Positions 31,644 to 46,255 of a stretch of DNA of 64,000 nucleotides are shown one piece after another. Origin of the DNA: the human T2T-CHM13v2.0 reference genome, Homo sapiens. The stretch lies in the NCBI RefSeq assembly GCF_009914755.1, contig NC_060929.1; one strand, given 5' to 3'. The translations under genes and the position numbers were made by a program. How positions within the stretch are numbered: position 1 is the first letter of the stretch; every line of letters begins with the position of its first letter. The notes under the pieces are model-generated. The model saw nothing but the letters and a program-made list of their open reading frames with translations. It did no database searches and was not told the origin of the DNA.

Positions 31644-34067
31644 TGATCTTTATCTGGTCAAATATCAGAAGAAGAATTAAGAGTAGGGTGGTTAAGAACA
31701 TGAGCACTGAAGTCAGACTATTTGGGACCAAATCCTGGCAGTGCCATTTACTAGGTGTGGCATTGGATGAGCCACTAAACTTCTCTGTCCTCATTTTGCT
31801 CATCTATAAAATGGTAGGTAGGATTTCTTGCACAGTGTTGTTATGAAGATTAAATGAGTTAGCGTCTGGCACATAGTGCTTCCGAAGTATGTATAAATAA
31901 ATAAATAAAACAGCTCAATAGCTACAGAGCTGTCTTTACATATGGGTATGTAAAAATTATTTCAAATTCTAGCAGGCTTCTCCATGCCATTTAGGGCATA
32001 TTCACTGAATTACCTTCCCTCCAAGTCAAGAAACTATTTCCTCATCTTTCTTTATGGTGTATCATTCATTCCACTCAATAAATCTTTATGGTATGTATAT
32101 ATACTATAAACAAGGCAATGTGATAGGAACAATGAAACAATATTAAAACTATACCAAATGCCACCTAGTACAGTGCTACTCAAAATACCAGTCTGCAAAA
32201 ATATTGGGAATTTGTGTTAAAACGCAAATCAATGCACTGCTTCTTTCAATGTGAAAATTTTCTATGGAAAAAAAAAAGTCAATTGAACTAAACAGTGCTC
32301 ACTGCATAGTTAATTCTGGTGCAACTATTTTATCCCACTGTAAACCAGTAACAGTTTGCAAACCCATATTTAGTCCATGGACCAAGTCTGAGCAGCACTG
32401 TTCTAGGTGAAATTCAACATGGGCATACCACAACACATCATATAAAAGGTGTTAAGTGTCAGTGAAATCCTGAGGGAAGCTACTTATGTTTGGGTGGGCA
32501 AGGAGGAGGCAACATCTGATCTGGGCCAATTTTGATAAGCTGGGATTGGAGGGGGAAAGAAAGAATGGAGGTTCCAGAAAGTGAGAACAAGATAAGCAAA
32601 GGCATTCAGGCCAGAAAGTTCAGAGCATGTCTGAAAATGTCAGAATAATATCTTCACTTATTAAAAACACAAGACATATTAAAGGAAGTGGGAGATAAAA
32701 ATGGTAAATTTACTACTCAACATCTTAAAACTCCGTAGATTTAAAACTGAACTCCTGATATTTTCCTCCAAACTTCCCTTTCCTCCTCCAACATGCCCTA
32801 CTTCAGTAAATGGCACCTCCACTTTCACAAACCCTTCTATCTCACCCCTATGTCCTGCTCATATCGTATCAAACTGATGATATATCAGTCATCAAATATC
32901 AGGAAATAGAGCAGATGGGAACAAGGAAAATAAGCTAGAATCTGAATGGTTTACTTTTATCACAAGAAGCAGTGTGTCTGTTTCTTTTTCCTAAAGAGGT
33001 GGTTTTCATTAGCAGAATAAACTAGAGGACTTGGTAAAGCACAGATTGTTGGGCCTTACCCTCACAGTGCTAATTAGGTCTGGAGTTGGAGCCCGCTAAG
33101 TTCTAATAAGGTCCCAGGTGATGCTGATTTTGCTGGTCTAGGGACCACTTTGAGAATCCCATGTTTTCAGCATTCTGGGGAAAAAAGCCCAAATGACTTA
33201 TGTTTCAAACATTTTTCTTAAAACCCGAGAAGTCAATTTCCCTACATTCAATTTATTGCTGGGGGGAGGGAGGAGAATGACAAGAACAACAAAAATGCAG
33301 CTATTCCCTCTAAAACTTTAGACTAAACATGGACTCAATTATTTCTTTAATATTCCTTGGGTATACCATCTATGGAATAAACACAACCTTTTTGTTAAAC
33401 CAGGTAAGTCAAACTTCGTCATCACTGAACTCTACAAAAGAAAAAAAAGACTCTGACTTACTGTGGTTCTCAACTAGGGGCTATTTTTCCCCTCCAGTGG
33501 ACAACTGGCTAGAGGCATTTTTGATAATCATAATTAAGGAGACATTATAAGCATCTACCCGCTGGAAACCAGGGATGCCATCCTATAATGCACAGAACAG
33601 GCCCCCACAACAAAGAATTATCTAGCTCCAAATGTCAATAGTATCAAGGTTAAGAAATCCTGATCTAATGCAAAGCCAGAGTAATATTTTTGTAAAAATG
33701 GACCTTTTTAGGTATCTGCCACAATCAGGCGTTATTTTTTTTTCTGGGGTAGCTAACATTTTGAGTCTTTAAAATAAGCAATATGGTTGAAGTTTAAAAA
33801 TCTCAAAGAAATGTTTACTAGTCAAAGCATTTTTTCTACTGCCTCTTGATTTTTCTATTCAAAACAATGTGGCCTTTGCTCGTAAGATGACTTTTTTCAA
33901 AAGTCTCAGTGGATCTGGATTGCTCACATTTCTGAGAAGTGGATACGGAGGACTGGACCCATAATCAGAGGCTTTTTGTCCCATTATGTTATTTGTGACA
34001 GAGACATGTTTGGCTATGAGGAAGTCCAAATGTTGTTCTATTAATTGGGTAAAATTACTTAACTTCC

Positions 34068-34365
<298 letters not shown>

Positions 34366-34539
34366 TAAAATTACTTAACTTTCAATGCCTCAGTTTCATC
34401 TTCTATTAGATTGTCGGGGGCGGGGAACTATAAACACACTTCATGGGATTGCTGTAAAGTTAATGAGACATGTTAAGTGTTTAGTACAGTGCCTAGAACA
34501 TAGAAACACAGAATGAATAATAGCTATTATAATTATTAC

Positions 34540-34930
34540 CTCTTTTTTTCTTTCTTCTAGAGCCAGAAACTTTTGATACCATTTTTCATGCTGTTGAACT
34601 TCATCTTGTGTTTTTCCAGGAAGGTGTTCTAGAACTTCTTCCATAAATGTTGGCTTCCCTTTATGTTTGTTTCTCACCTTTACAAAGTTCTGGTGATCAT
34701 AATCATCCCAGGCACCTTGTCGCCCTCCTGTTTGCTGAAGGAATTTTTCAAAATCTAGTACCTCTTCTGGAAGAGTACTTGGTGTTACTTTGTCTACAGG
34801 AACTTTGCTTGAGATTGCTCTGAAAGCTTTCTCTGTTTCTGAATTACCCAAAGCCCATGTGTCAATTTTTCTTGATATGGCACTCAACTCATTATTAGTT
34901 GTCTTCTCTTCTTTAATTAGCTCTTCATAT
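34540..34930 (-). CDS. CCDC112: CCDC112 exon 6 (391 nt; includes GGRQGAWDDYDHQNFVK)
   Basis: TTTTAG|ATATGAAG...AAAGAG|GTAATA; overlaps ORF 34441..34887. Confidence 0.95.
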
Positions 34931-35317
34931 CTAAAATTTTAAAAATAAAGTTTGAATAAGAAGACAATCCATATTAACCCTTCATTTTCCATCAAATTTA
35001 AGATACCTGACTCTTTATATCATCTTCTCCACTTAACATTATTAACATTTATAAATTTAAGCCTTAAAAGAGTCTCCTCAGAGATAAAAACAATCTTTCA
35101 AATTCTTATTTGGGATTTTATAGTAACTAAATATGAATAAAATTTCGCTTTAAATATGAAAAGCCACCTAAAACTGAAAACAAAAAAGATATTATATTGC
35201 TTTTGTATAAGACTCAAATACATAATAACAGAATGCATTATATACAAAAATGTACTGGGGCCAGTTATTAAAAAATAAAGGTCAATAATTTTATATTAAA
35301 ATGAGTTTAAAACATAC

Positions 35318-35393
35318 ATCAACCTCTGCTCTTCTTTAAAAGTGTTAATTGCATTTTCAATTTCTTCCATCATTTCTCTGAGCTTCTCAACAA
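35318..35393 (-). CDS. CCDC112: CCDC112 exon 5 (76 nt; FVEKLREMMEEIENAINTFKEEQRLI)
   Basis: TTTACAG|TTGTTG...TTGAT|GTATGT; frame-consistent. Confidence 0.92.
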
Positions 35394-36104
35394 CTGTAAA
35401 AGAAACACGGAAAATTATTTTGTGCCATTTTCCCATATGGCTAAAAGTTAAATATTAGGAAGAAAAAGTGGAATGTTCTCCTAATTTTAAAATATTTCTT
35501 AGCCTAAGGCATAAGAAAGTTGTGCTCAAAAGTGAATTTTTATGATTGCTATTTTTTCTGATTACAGACATTTTCCCTATATACTCATATCATAATTATC
35601 TCCATTTTAGAGCTGAGGAAATGAAAGCTCAGATATATCAAGTAACTTGCCTAAAATTACATAGCCAACAAGTGAAAGATCAAAGGTTTGACCCAACACC
35701 TGTCTGATTCCTAAGTCCATACACCCTGAGACCTTTAATTTGTTGCTTTGATTCTCAGGAATGAATATTACAGTAAGCAAGGAGGTAGGGATATAATTTG
35801 TGGGATTTTTTTCCAAAAACTAGCATTTGTCCTAAATCAGTTTAACCTTTCCTTATGTATTAGAAATGCCTCTCAAAGACAATTATTTCAAAAAGCAAAT
35901 GAAGGGAAAACACTGGGACAGGATTAAGGAAATCAATCTTTTTTCCCCTTAATTAGCTGTTTTTAAACCTTTCTATAACATAGATTCCCAATCCTGTAAA
36001 TGTCACTAGTATGTGTTCTGCCTACCTTATAATTTCTAAGGATTTGATAATACTTTAACGGATACACACAGAAATGCCCGATTATAGTTCTCCGGTGTAA
36101 ACTT

Positions 36105-36231
36105 ACTAAATCCTAACTGATAGAGTTTAGCTCCATTAATAAACTTATTAAGTCCTAACCAATAAAGTAGAGTTTAGCTCCATTAATAAACTTAAGTCCT
36201 AACCAATAAAGTAGAGTTTAGCTCCATTAAT
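36105..36231. repeat. ~43-47-bp tandem repeat, about 3 copies
   Basis: Unit TCCTAACCAATAAAGTAGAGTTTAGCTCCATTAATAAACTT. Confidence 0.88.
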
Positions 36232-36286
36232 GCCAAACAGAAAATACTAACACATAAGAAAGATTATAATATCTAAATTTACTTAC

Positions 36287-36376
36287 AATCAGGTGTAGGC
36301 TTCACATCTTTTAATTGATGCTGAAGTTTCTTTACATTATTATGTATTTTGGCCAATTGTTGCTGGATTTTTGCTC
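36287..36376 (-). CDS. CCDC112: CCDC112 exon 4 (90 nt; RAKIQQQLAKIHNNVKKLQHQLKDVKPTPD)
   Basis: CTTATAG|GAGCAA...CCTGATT|GTAAGT. Confidence 0.93.
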
Positions 36377-38969
36377 CTATAAGAAAGAAGTATGCACTTT
36401 AAAATAATTCTGTGACAAATGTGGTTACAATTCAGGAATCTACATGTAAGACTGATCACTGTTAGTAAAAGCCAAGAGCAATTAAATAAAGAACAAAAGA
36501 TATTTATGTCAAAACATTAATACTTTAAGTACCTTTGTTCTAAATAAAGCATCCTTCAATATCTTTCAATATTTAAAAGCATAATGGGTTAAGTCTTACT
36601 ATAACCCGTGCTAAGGAAATGTCTTTTTTTCCCCTTCTGTGTAGATTGAGTTATTGGACATTGTTTTACATGTAAATATTAGCAGTTTCAGCATAGTTTT
36701 TGTTCTTTAATAGTGTTTCATTTCTTTTTAATTTGTTATAACTTATGGAAATAGAATTTGGTCTTAACTCTATTGTGGGAATATTAAAACTATTTAGTTA
36801 ATTCTGTGAATACTGAGAAACTTCCCATTGAGAATTAATTTCATCCAACCAAATCTTCTAGGAAAGGGGCAGGTGATACTCATTGTTATCACTGGCACGG
36901 CCCTGAGGAGGTGCCTCAGGTATCATTCAGTGGTATACTATGCCACAGGTCGCCAAGCTCAATCAAAGGACCAGCCTGGAGTAAAATATTAGGCCCACAA
37001 TAAAGCCTGAAAAGTAAATGAGAGTCTCAACGATTCTTTCAAATTGTCTTTATCAGCATAAAGGATTCTTCTTTCATATTTTTTTCTGAAGGAATAATCT
37101 TACTTTAATATTTACTTAAATTACTAGGCTAATGTCAAAATATTCGCATTCTTATAATAGTAATACTATTATTTTATCATCTTGGGGTATTTTATGCACC
37201 CTCCTCTTTTTTGTTTTTGCAACTTTTCCACAAATAAGCACAAAGCACCAAAGGCTCTGTACAAAAGTCCTTAAAAGTAATTATTTTTTTAAGAAAAAGT
37301 TTACCTATAGGTTTGCAGTCAGTGTGAACATCCAAAATAAACCTCTTAATACGTATATGACAACTTTGGCTTGTTCTGTGTTTTTCATTAAAATTCAAGA
37401 ATTCCATAAAGGCAGAAACTTTTTGTAATTTACTTTGTAGGGTCTTACTGTTGAACTTTAGGTCATGAAACCTCTCTAGTAAAGTAATTAGGAAAGTGTT
37501 TTTTGTTGCTTCATTTTAGCCTTAGTTTGATCAGCTACCAAAATATCACTACAAGGCTGATAATCTTTTTATTTTATTTATTCATTTGGATAGATAGACA
37601 AATCATTTAAGTACAATATGACATAAATGCAGACTAAAATTGAGGTATGCTATTGGAGGTAAGGAATAGGTGTTTCTACTGCTCAGCTGTAATATATGAA
37701 GGGAAAACTTCTCTACACTAAGGCAAGCATTCTTTACTCTCCTAGACAGGAAAAACATAAAGTGTAGTAACACTACACTTTATAAGAGCAAAACTTATAA
37801 AAATAACTTAAAAAAATAAGCAAAACTATAGAACAAAGTGAAATAGATTGGTACAAATAAAGTTGCCATAATAAAGGGAAAATCAAGTGACCTAAAATTT
37901 GCACAAAATTTTACTTATTGGCATTACTGAGACATAGAAAAATCAGCCTCCCAGTTGTCTACAAAAGAACTGAGGGAAATAAAGAAATATTGAATCAGGG
38001 GTGTCTCGGTTTTTCAATGTATCAAAGAAGGAAAATGATTCCTGCCACTGCTTGACAAAGAATCACTTTTTAAAGTAGTGTAATCTTTTCTTTTAAAAAA
38101 TAGTGCAACCTTGTATTTTGAAAGAAAAAAATCACTAAGAATTTACTTTAATTGATGACAAGGGAGTATCATGAGCAGTCTCATCTCTACATAGTAAGTC
38201 TTAATATTTTATAAAGCTTAGTTATTTGATAACCATTATTTTTCCTTTAAGAAATGCTAAGCAGCTTTTTTATTATAAAGATTTTACAACATACAGAATC
38301 TAACGCTACAATGAAACAAATATTCTCAAATTCTTTAAGGGTAACATTCAGTACACTATTGACAATGATTAATATTCATAACAAACAAAAGAACATAGTC
38401 ATGTACAATCTATCTATAAGGTACATTTTTATATATTATCTCATCAGATGCATAGTACGGCTCTCCTGAGGTAGAAATGACAAGTTTTAGAATGTAGACA
38501 AGGAAACTCAGGTTTATGCAATTATCTGACTTGATCACTTCACACAACTGCTAATTATAGCTTTGAATCTGTTGATGCTTACTGAGTCCAGGGCTCAGTC
38601 AACAATGCCAGGGTAATGAGCTAACATCAGACAGCCCAGAAATCACTCTGCTTTTAAGAAATTTTAATAGCATTTGGTGGTGTGTCAACCAAAAAAAATC
38701 CCCCAAATCCTCTCTTTCTTGTTATATTGGAAAAAATATACAACAGAAAACAATCCAGTTAGTATGACTAAATAGTGACCCGAAAGAATAAACATGTCCC
38801 TAAAAGACAAATTTTACCAACTAAAATACAGAGAATATAACACAGTCAATAGAGAACTGACTCTATTGATAGAGAACACAATACAGTCAATGCACAAAGA
38901 CAAAGCACAGGGTAAAACTACAACTTTATATCGCTCAACAGTTTTTAGTTCATCACAAACTCAACTTAC

Positions 38970-39091
38970 TTTCTGTTTTCCTGCTGTGAATCAATTTATT
39001 TTCCAATTCTTCTAGCATACTATGCTCAATTCTGAAGTCACTTTTTTGGTTGTAGAAATGACTGTGTTTATCTTTTTCCATGTTAATTACT
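38970..39091 (-). CDS. CCDC112: CCDC112 exon 3 (122 nt; VINMEKDKHSHFYNQKSDFRIEHSMLEELENKLIHSRKTE); contains internal Met84
   Basis: CCTAAAG|AGTAATT...CAGAAA|GTAAGT. Confidence 0.93.
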
Positions 39092-39882
39092 CTTTAGGAA
39101 AAGAAACAAATAGTATAAATATGATCTAAATATATTTTTAATAGTTTAAAATATGAAGACACTCAATAATCCGTATTTTATATTTGGATTAATTCATCTA
39201 TGGAATAAAAATAATTACTTTGGTTAATAAGGCTAAGGAATCAAAACATTAGTCAAAATAATAGCTAGAAGAGTTAATTTCAATCAAACACAACTATAAT
39301 TTGAACTGCTATGTAAATCATAAAATGATAATTTAAGAAAATGTGGATATACATTTGCTTTGAAAATGCATAAGCTTTTGACTATTGATTCCAACTCAAT
39401 CTCACTGGAGCCTGAAAATGGCCATCACTGCTGATGACTGCTTTCAATAGTAGATACTATTAATTTTGTAACCTTAGCCAAGATGGTTAACCTCTCCAGG
39501 TATGAACCTCCTCATCACTAAAATGTGAATAATAACAGCTCTCCACTATCTAATAGGGCTATTATTCACATCAAATGAGATAATATATGTGGGAGATCTC
39601 TGTACAGTACAAGTATACTATGGAAATGCCAGTTATTAATATTATTAATAAAACTAAAACTTCGAGAGACTAACCATCTACAAAGACAGGAAATTTCGGG
39701 TATTTAATGACTATTGTCTACATTTACTTCAGGCTTCTTTCAGCACATCTTTGCCCCTTGAATTTAGTCTAACAGTAAGGAGTTCTCATTGTTAGTTTGC
39801 ACCCTAAGAGAAAACAAAAATAAAATAAAACACTACTGAGAAACTTTTTTGATTGGGCAAAGAAATCAATTCTCAAATTACC

Positions 39883-40163
39883 TTTTTTTTTTTGAGACAG
39901 GGTCTGGCTCTGTCACCCAGGCTGGAGTGCCATGGTGCCATCTCAGCTCACTGCAGCCTTGACCTCCCTGGCTCAAGCAATCCTCCAACCTCAGTCTCCT
40001 GAGTAGCTGGGACTACAGGGGCACACAACCACCATGCCCAGCTAATTTTTTTTTTTGATAGATATAGGGTTTTGCCATGTTGCCCAGGCTGGTCTTGAAC
40101 TCCTGAGCTCAAGTGATCTGCCCACCTCGGCCTCCCAAAGTGCGTGAGCCATCATGCCCAGCC
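39883..40163 (-). mobile_element. AluJ
   Basis: Reverse Alu. Confidence 0.88.
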
Positions 40164-40344
40164 AAAATTAATTTTCTTAATGTGTTTCTTTCTCCCAGGT
40201 GGAAATTAATATGAATATTTCTCCACTAATCTTGGATTTAATAAGTGGTGGAGCATCACTGGCCATTTACTTAATTCACACAACCTGAGAGGCAACTATC
40301 TATACCGTAGAGTTTCCCAATCTTTTCCACTTTGCCATACATAG

Positions 40345-40645
<301 letters not shown>

Positions 40646-42479
40646 CGCCCATAGAGAAAAATTTAATATTCATAAGACACATGGGGGTAGACAGATGAGA
40701 CTGCCCCAGAGCCCACCACACTTCTCCAGAGGCTGAGGGGATCATGTCTTAGCATGTGTGTTTAGGTAGCTTCTATTGTTTGTGAGAAGAAATAATGGGT
40801 AGATAAAGATATCAAATAGATTTCAGTCCCACCTGGCAACTCTAATGGACTGAGTCCTGTGTTGAGGACTGGGAAGTTCATCTAGGCTCTGGTTGCAGAT
40901 GGGGAAAATTACTATGATAAAAAGAAACGTCTGCCATGGACACAGGATATGCTACAACTTTATATCACTCAACAGTTTTTAGTTCATCACAAACTCAACT
41001 TACTTTCTGTTTTTCCTGGATTAGAAATATTAACCTATAAGGATATTCAAAATATGCTAATTAATGGAGACAAGTCGACAAAAATGAAAACAACCTCCTC
41101 AATAGAAGAAATGCAAATTAAAACTATATCACAGTAACACTGCACACCTATCATATTGGCAAAAAAATCACAAATTTAATATATTTTGTTGACAAAACTG
41201 TGAGGAAAACATGTCTTCTCATACATTGTTGGTGGAACTGTTGTCTACGGAGGGCAATTTAGCAATATTTATCACATTTGTAAATTCATTTATCTCTGAC
41301 CCAGTATTTCCTTTTAGGAATTTATCCTGAAGATATACTTACAAACAAATAATGTTGACCTATGTGGGTATGGTAATTAATTGCAGCACTGTTTGTTATT
41401 AAAAAAAGATTGAATATAACCTAAATGTCCATAAATATGGGCAGGTTAAATAAATCATATTACATTCATACACTGGAATATGATACAGTGGTACTCTGTT
41501 CTACGTACTGACAGGAAAAGATCTCCAAGATAACCTCTTTTTTAAACAAAGTTTTTGTAGGAAAATGTTAGACATATTCAAAAGTACAGAATGGTAAATT
41601 GACACCCATCATATGATATGAATTTTATCTCACCCTGATTCAGCAGTTTTACCTCTCATTTCATCTATCCATCTGTCTTTGCTTTGCTCAGTTTAAGTAT
41701 TTTCAAGTAGATCCATTACATCTACCTTTGCTTTGCTTAGCTTAGCTTAAGTATTTTCAAGTAAATCCATCACATTATGCAATTTCACCCCAACAAACTT
41801 TTGTGTGTGCCTCTAGAGAGTACTGATATTTGACTTACCTAACTATAGTGCCATTATTGTGCCTAGCAAAATCTACAATTCCTTGTTATCTAAGACATAC
41901 ACTTTAAAAAAAAACGCAGAGCAATGTGGACGGTATGCTACCATTTATACAAAAAAGGAAAAATCTGAATATATATTTCTTTATAAACACATAAAATATC
42001 TGGGGAAGGATACATAAGAAACCAAAACTAGTGGGTTATCTGAGTGGAAAGGAACTGGGTGGCTTGGATGAAGAGTAAAACTGAGACTTTCCACTGGGTA
42101 CCCTTTGATTTGTTTTGATTCTTGAACCATGTAAATATATTACCTATTTTAAAAATTTAAAAAAAGATATTATAGATTGTGGTTTTTCGTTTGTGTTTAT
42201 GTGAATTGTTAGATAGAAACACTCTTACAATGAGTTTTTCTAATATTCTTTCAGTGAGTTTTTCCAATGCCCTAAAACAGATGAAGAAGCCTTCTCAGAA
42301 CTGTAAAACACACTGGTTGCTGCATCTATGGATATTAACCATTTGGTGGACATTACCCTATCTAGAAAGAAACATAAAACAGAACCTCTAACCTAGAATC
42401 TAATTCTATCTAGAGTAATGCATTTTGGATATTTTAAAGAACTGTATTTTTTCAAATTCTGAATACTAAAGATATATGT

Positions 42480-42960
42480 ATTAGCAACTTCAAGCATACA
42501 ATACGTTATTATTAACTATACTCACCATGCTGTACATTAGGTCTCTAGATCTTTTCTATTTTATAACTTGTACCCTTTGACCAACATCTCCCCATTATCC
42601 CCACTCCCACCTCATCACCCCCAGACTCCTGGTAATCACCATTCTATTCTCTGTTTCTGAGTTTGACTTTTTTAAGATTCCACATATAAATGAGATCATG
42701 CATTGTCTGTCTTTCTGTGTATGGCTTATTTCACTTAACATAATGAAAATCTCAGCTCACTTTTCTAAGAAAGTTGATCTTAAATATTCTCAACCCTTCA
42801 CGCACACACAAGGTAACTATGTGAAGTGATGGATATGTTAATTAGCTTGATTGTGGTAATCATTCTGCAATGTTTGTGTACATCCATACATCACACTGTA
42901 GACATTAAATATATATAATTTTTATTTGTCAGTTATACCTCAATAAAAGTGGGGGAAAAG
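42480..42960. mobile_element. 5'-inverted L1 3'-end insertion (minus segment ~42480-42745, plus segment ~42770-42960)
   Basis: Antisense L1 3'UTR piece followed by the sense terminal piece ending ACCTCAATAAAAGTGGGGGAAAA. Confidence 0.7.
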
Positions 42961-44109
42961 ACAAAAGTATTATGTAAATGCAAGGAGAATTTAGTCTCCA
43001 AAAGCTACGATATGGTATAGCTTTTCAAAATTCTAACAGTACACTTTTTCATTGGTAGAATTTCTAAATAGAGACCTGCCACCAATTCTGACCCAGAGAC
43101 CATTCCTTATAATAGGCTCCTTTTCTCATGTCCTTTGGCAAATTGATACTATGTAGGTTCAAAGCAACGTTTTGATAAAGCTCTCAACTGTAGGGTAGAG
43201 TGGGGTGCCTTGAGTTCTAATTCTTTTTAACATTCTTCATATTTATATGCTGGTACTGCTGACAACATTGAACATTCAATAAATATCAATGGTTGTTTAA
43301 AGAAAAAGTTCATATATATTGAAAATTTAAAATAAATGGAAGCTTCTCAAATAGCTTGGTCATAATGGGCAAAATGGATCTGAAAGGAGCAGAAACCAAG
43401 GAATTGAGATCAATTAAAAAGCCACTCAAAAAAAAAAAAGTAAGAGCACAGACTTTTCATTAAATTGATTCACTGTCTTCCTTAGTGAGATCACACCCAC
43501 ATATTCAAATAGGCTTGGTGGTGAACATCACTGGTTAGTAAGAAGAACAATGGCTTTCAGAGTGGCTGGAGCCAGCCTAAGAGTCCCTCAAACACCATTT
43601 ATTAACCATGTAACCTATGGAAAGATGTTTATCCTCTATGATCCTCAACATCCTCATTTGTAAAACAGGAAGAAGAGCAATTTAAATATATGATGTTCGT
43701 CATTTATAAAACATTATAAAACACTTTCATATACACATAATAAAAAAACACAAAAACGATTCACTTCCTCAAAAACATTTACCAGGCATTTAGTTATAAA
43801 GTGAAAATAGATTAAGTCTGTTATTCGTTATATAAAATCTAAAGAAACAGCTATTTTTTTTCCCTTGAAATACACAGATTCAAAATTGTAAAAATAAAGA
43901 AAATTGAAATAACTCTATTTACAATTAACTTTATATTGAACAGCCTATTATTTCATACCTCCCATCTTTCTCTTGTTATATTTGACAGGCTAGTGATTAC
44001 AATTTTATAACTTAATGTGAGCCTAGGTAGGGTAGAGTAGAATTAATTTTTTATTGTCCATTATAAAATGGCTAGTAATGTTATTTGAAGATTATATTCT
44101 TATACTTAC

Positions 44110-44231
44110 TGATTTTTAAATTTTTCTGCTGTGCGTACAAATTCTGCTTTCTTAGTCTGATTAACTTTCTGCTTCCAGTTCTGAAGATGAAAAGGACGAA
44201 TTCCACCTGAAGTACTAAAACAGCCATCACT
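44110..44231 (-). CDS. CCDC112: CCDC112 exon 2 (122 nt; SDGCFSTSGGIRPFHLQNWKQKVNQTKKAEFVRTAEKFKNQ)
   Basis: AATGCAG|AGTGAT...AATCA|GTAAGT; ORF 44106..44315. Confidence 0.92.
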
Positions 44232-45954
44232 CTGCATTGAGAACAAGAAAAACTTAACAGTAATGAAAATAGTAAGACATAAATGTGGAATTTTTTCAGA
44301 GAGATAAAATGTCAATAGTTGAGTTTCTTGAAGGATAATTTTGGGGCCAATCTCACTTAACTCTTAAAAGTACATTTGTGGAAGAAGGAGTATCTATCAA
44401 ATGAAGGAATATCTATCTTAAAATGCTAAACTGAGTAAGAAATGTTAAATATCCAGGGATTATTTGCAAAATGATCTAATTCATTCAGTCGGTCATTTAA
44501 CAAATATGTATTGAACACTATGAAGTGACACGGGCTACATTAGACACTAGGAAAACAATGATGATCTATAATAATATGGTCCCTGTCTGAAGGTCTAGTG
44601 AGGAAAAACAGATTTAAAGAGATAAGAGTAAACAAGCAATAAAATGAAAACTCCACCAGCTGCAATAAATGCTATTAAGAAAATAAATATTAGGGCTCAG
44701 ATGGAGAAAGCGGAGAAAGGGTTTCAGTTACAGTGGTCACAGAAGGTCTATTTGAAGGGATGACTTTAAGGAAGATTGAAGCCAGCCATGACAGGAGCAG
44801 TAGGAAAGTGTGTTCTAAGCAAAGGGATCCACATGTGCAAAAGCCCTAGAGCATGAAAGACTTTGCTGAGTTCAAGCAGAGAAAGGCCAATTGTGTCATG
44901 AGATTAGTAACGGTGTGGATCTTGGTAGGAAAATGAAAGTAGAGAGGCAGGTATGTGCCAGATCATACAGATATTTTAGGTCACTTAGGGGGTCTGGATT
45001 TTATTGAAGAGTTTTGAGCAGGGAAATGCCATGATACATTTAACTCTTTAAGAACAATTTTCTGGCTATTTTTTTGGAGAGGAAATTGATGGGAGGTGTG
45101 GGGGTGGAGTGAGGCAAGACTGGAAGCAGGAGATCAATGAGGTACTTAGTACAGCTATAGAGACAAGGAATGACAGTGTCCAGGACTACTGGGCTGACAG
45201 AAAATAAAAGAAGACTCAATGTATTTTGGAGGTATCACCCAGAGGGATTGCTGAGCAATAAAAATGGGTTGTGGGGGATGAGGGGAAAAGGAAACAAGGC
45301 TTCAAATTTCCAGGAGCAAAAAAGAACAAAGTATTAAATCTAAATCTAGGAAATATATTTTAAGTCAAAATGTAATTCACAGACCATAAAATATGTCTGT
45401 TTGAAGTGTACAATTCAGTGGTTTTTAGTGTATTCACAAAGTTTTGTAACCATCATGACTACCCAGTTTCAGAATATTTTCATCATACCAAAAAGAAACC
45501 TCATACCTATTAGAGGTCACTCCCCATTCCCCTTCCTCCCAGCTCCTGGCAACCATTAATCTACTTTCTGACTCTATGGATTTGCATATTCTGGAGAATT
45601 TATATAAATGGGCTCATACAATGTGTAGCCTTGTCTGACTTCTTTCACTTCACATGATGTTTTCAAGATTCATCCGTGTTGTACCATGAATCAATACTCC
45701 ATTCCTTCTTACAGCTGAATAATACTCCATTATATGGGTCTACCACATTTTCTTTATCTACTCATCAGTCATTAGCTGATGGACAATTGGGGTGTTTCCA
45801 TTATTTGGCCAAATTAATCTGAACATTTGTGTACATGTTTTAATGTGAATGCATGTTTTCAATTCTCTTCATTATATACCTAGCAGCAGAATTTCTGGAT
45901 CATAAAGTAACTATTTTTTTTTACTTTCCCATTTTGAAAAATTGGGTGGCATAG

Positions 45955-46255
45955 TGGGGCCTGGTGGCTCATGCCTCTAATTCTAGCACTTTGGGAGGCC
46001 AAGGTGGGAGAATAGCTTGAGCTCAGGAGTTTGAGACCAGCCTGGGAAACATAGCAAGATCCTGTCTGTATAAAAACTTAAAAAAAAATTAGCCAGGCAT
46101 GGTGGTGTGAGGCCACCAGGAGGCCACCTCAGGAGGCTGAGGTGGGAGGATCACTTGAGTCCAGGAGATTAAGGCTGCAGTAAGCCATAACCACACAACT
46201 GCACTCCAGCCTTGGGGGACAGAGCAACACACTGTCTCAACAACAACAACAACAA
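45955..46255 (+). mobile_element. AluJ with (CAA)n tail inside L1
   Basis: Diverged dimeric Alu. Confidence 0.82.

Noticed and set aside
36105-36231. CRISPR-like repeat array (also considered for 8855-8990)
   Set aside because: Units are head to tail without unique spacers, there are no cas genes, and the context is a eukaryotic intron
36900-36920. Inverted repeat CCTGAGG-AGGTG-CCTCAGG
   Set aside because: A 7-bp stem is within chance expectation; no other support
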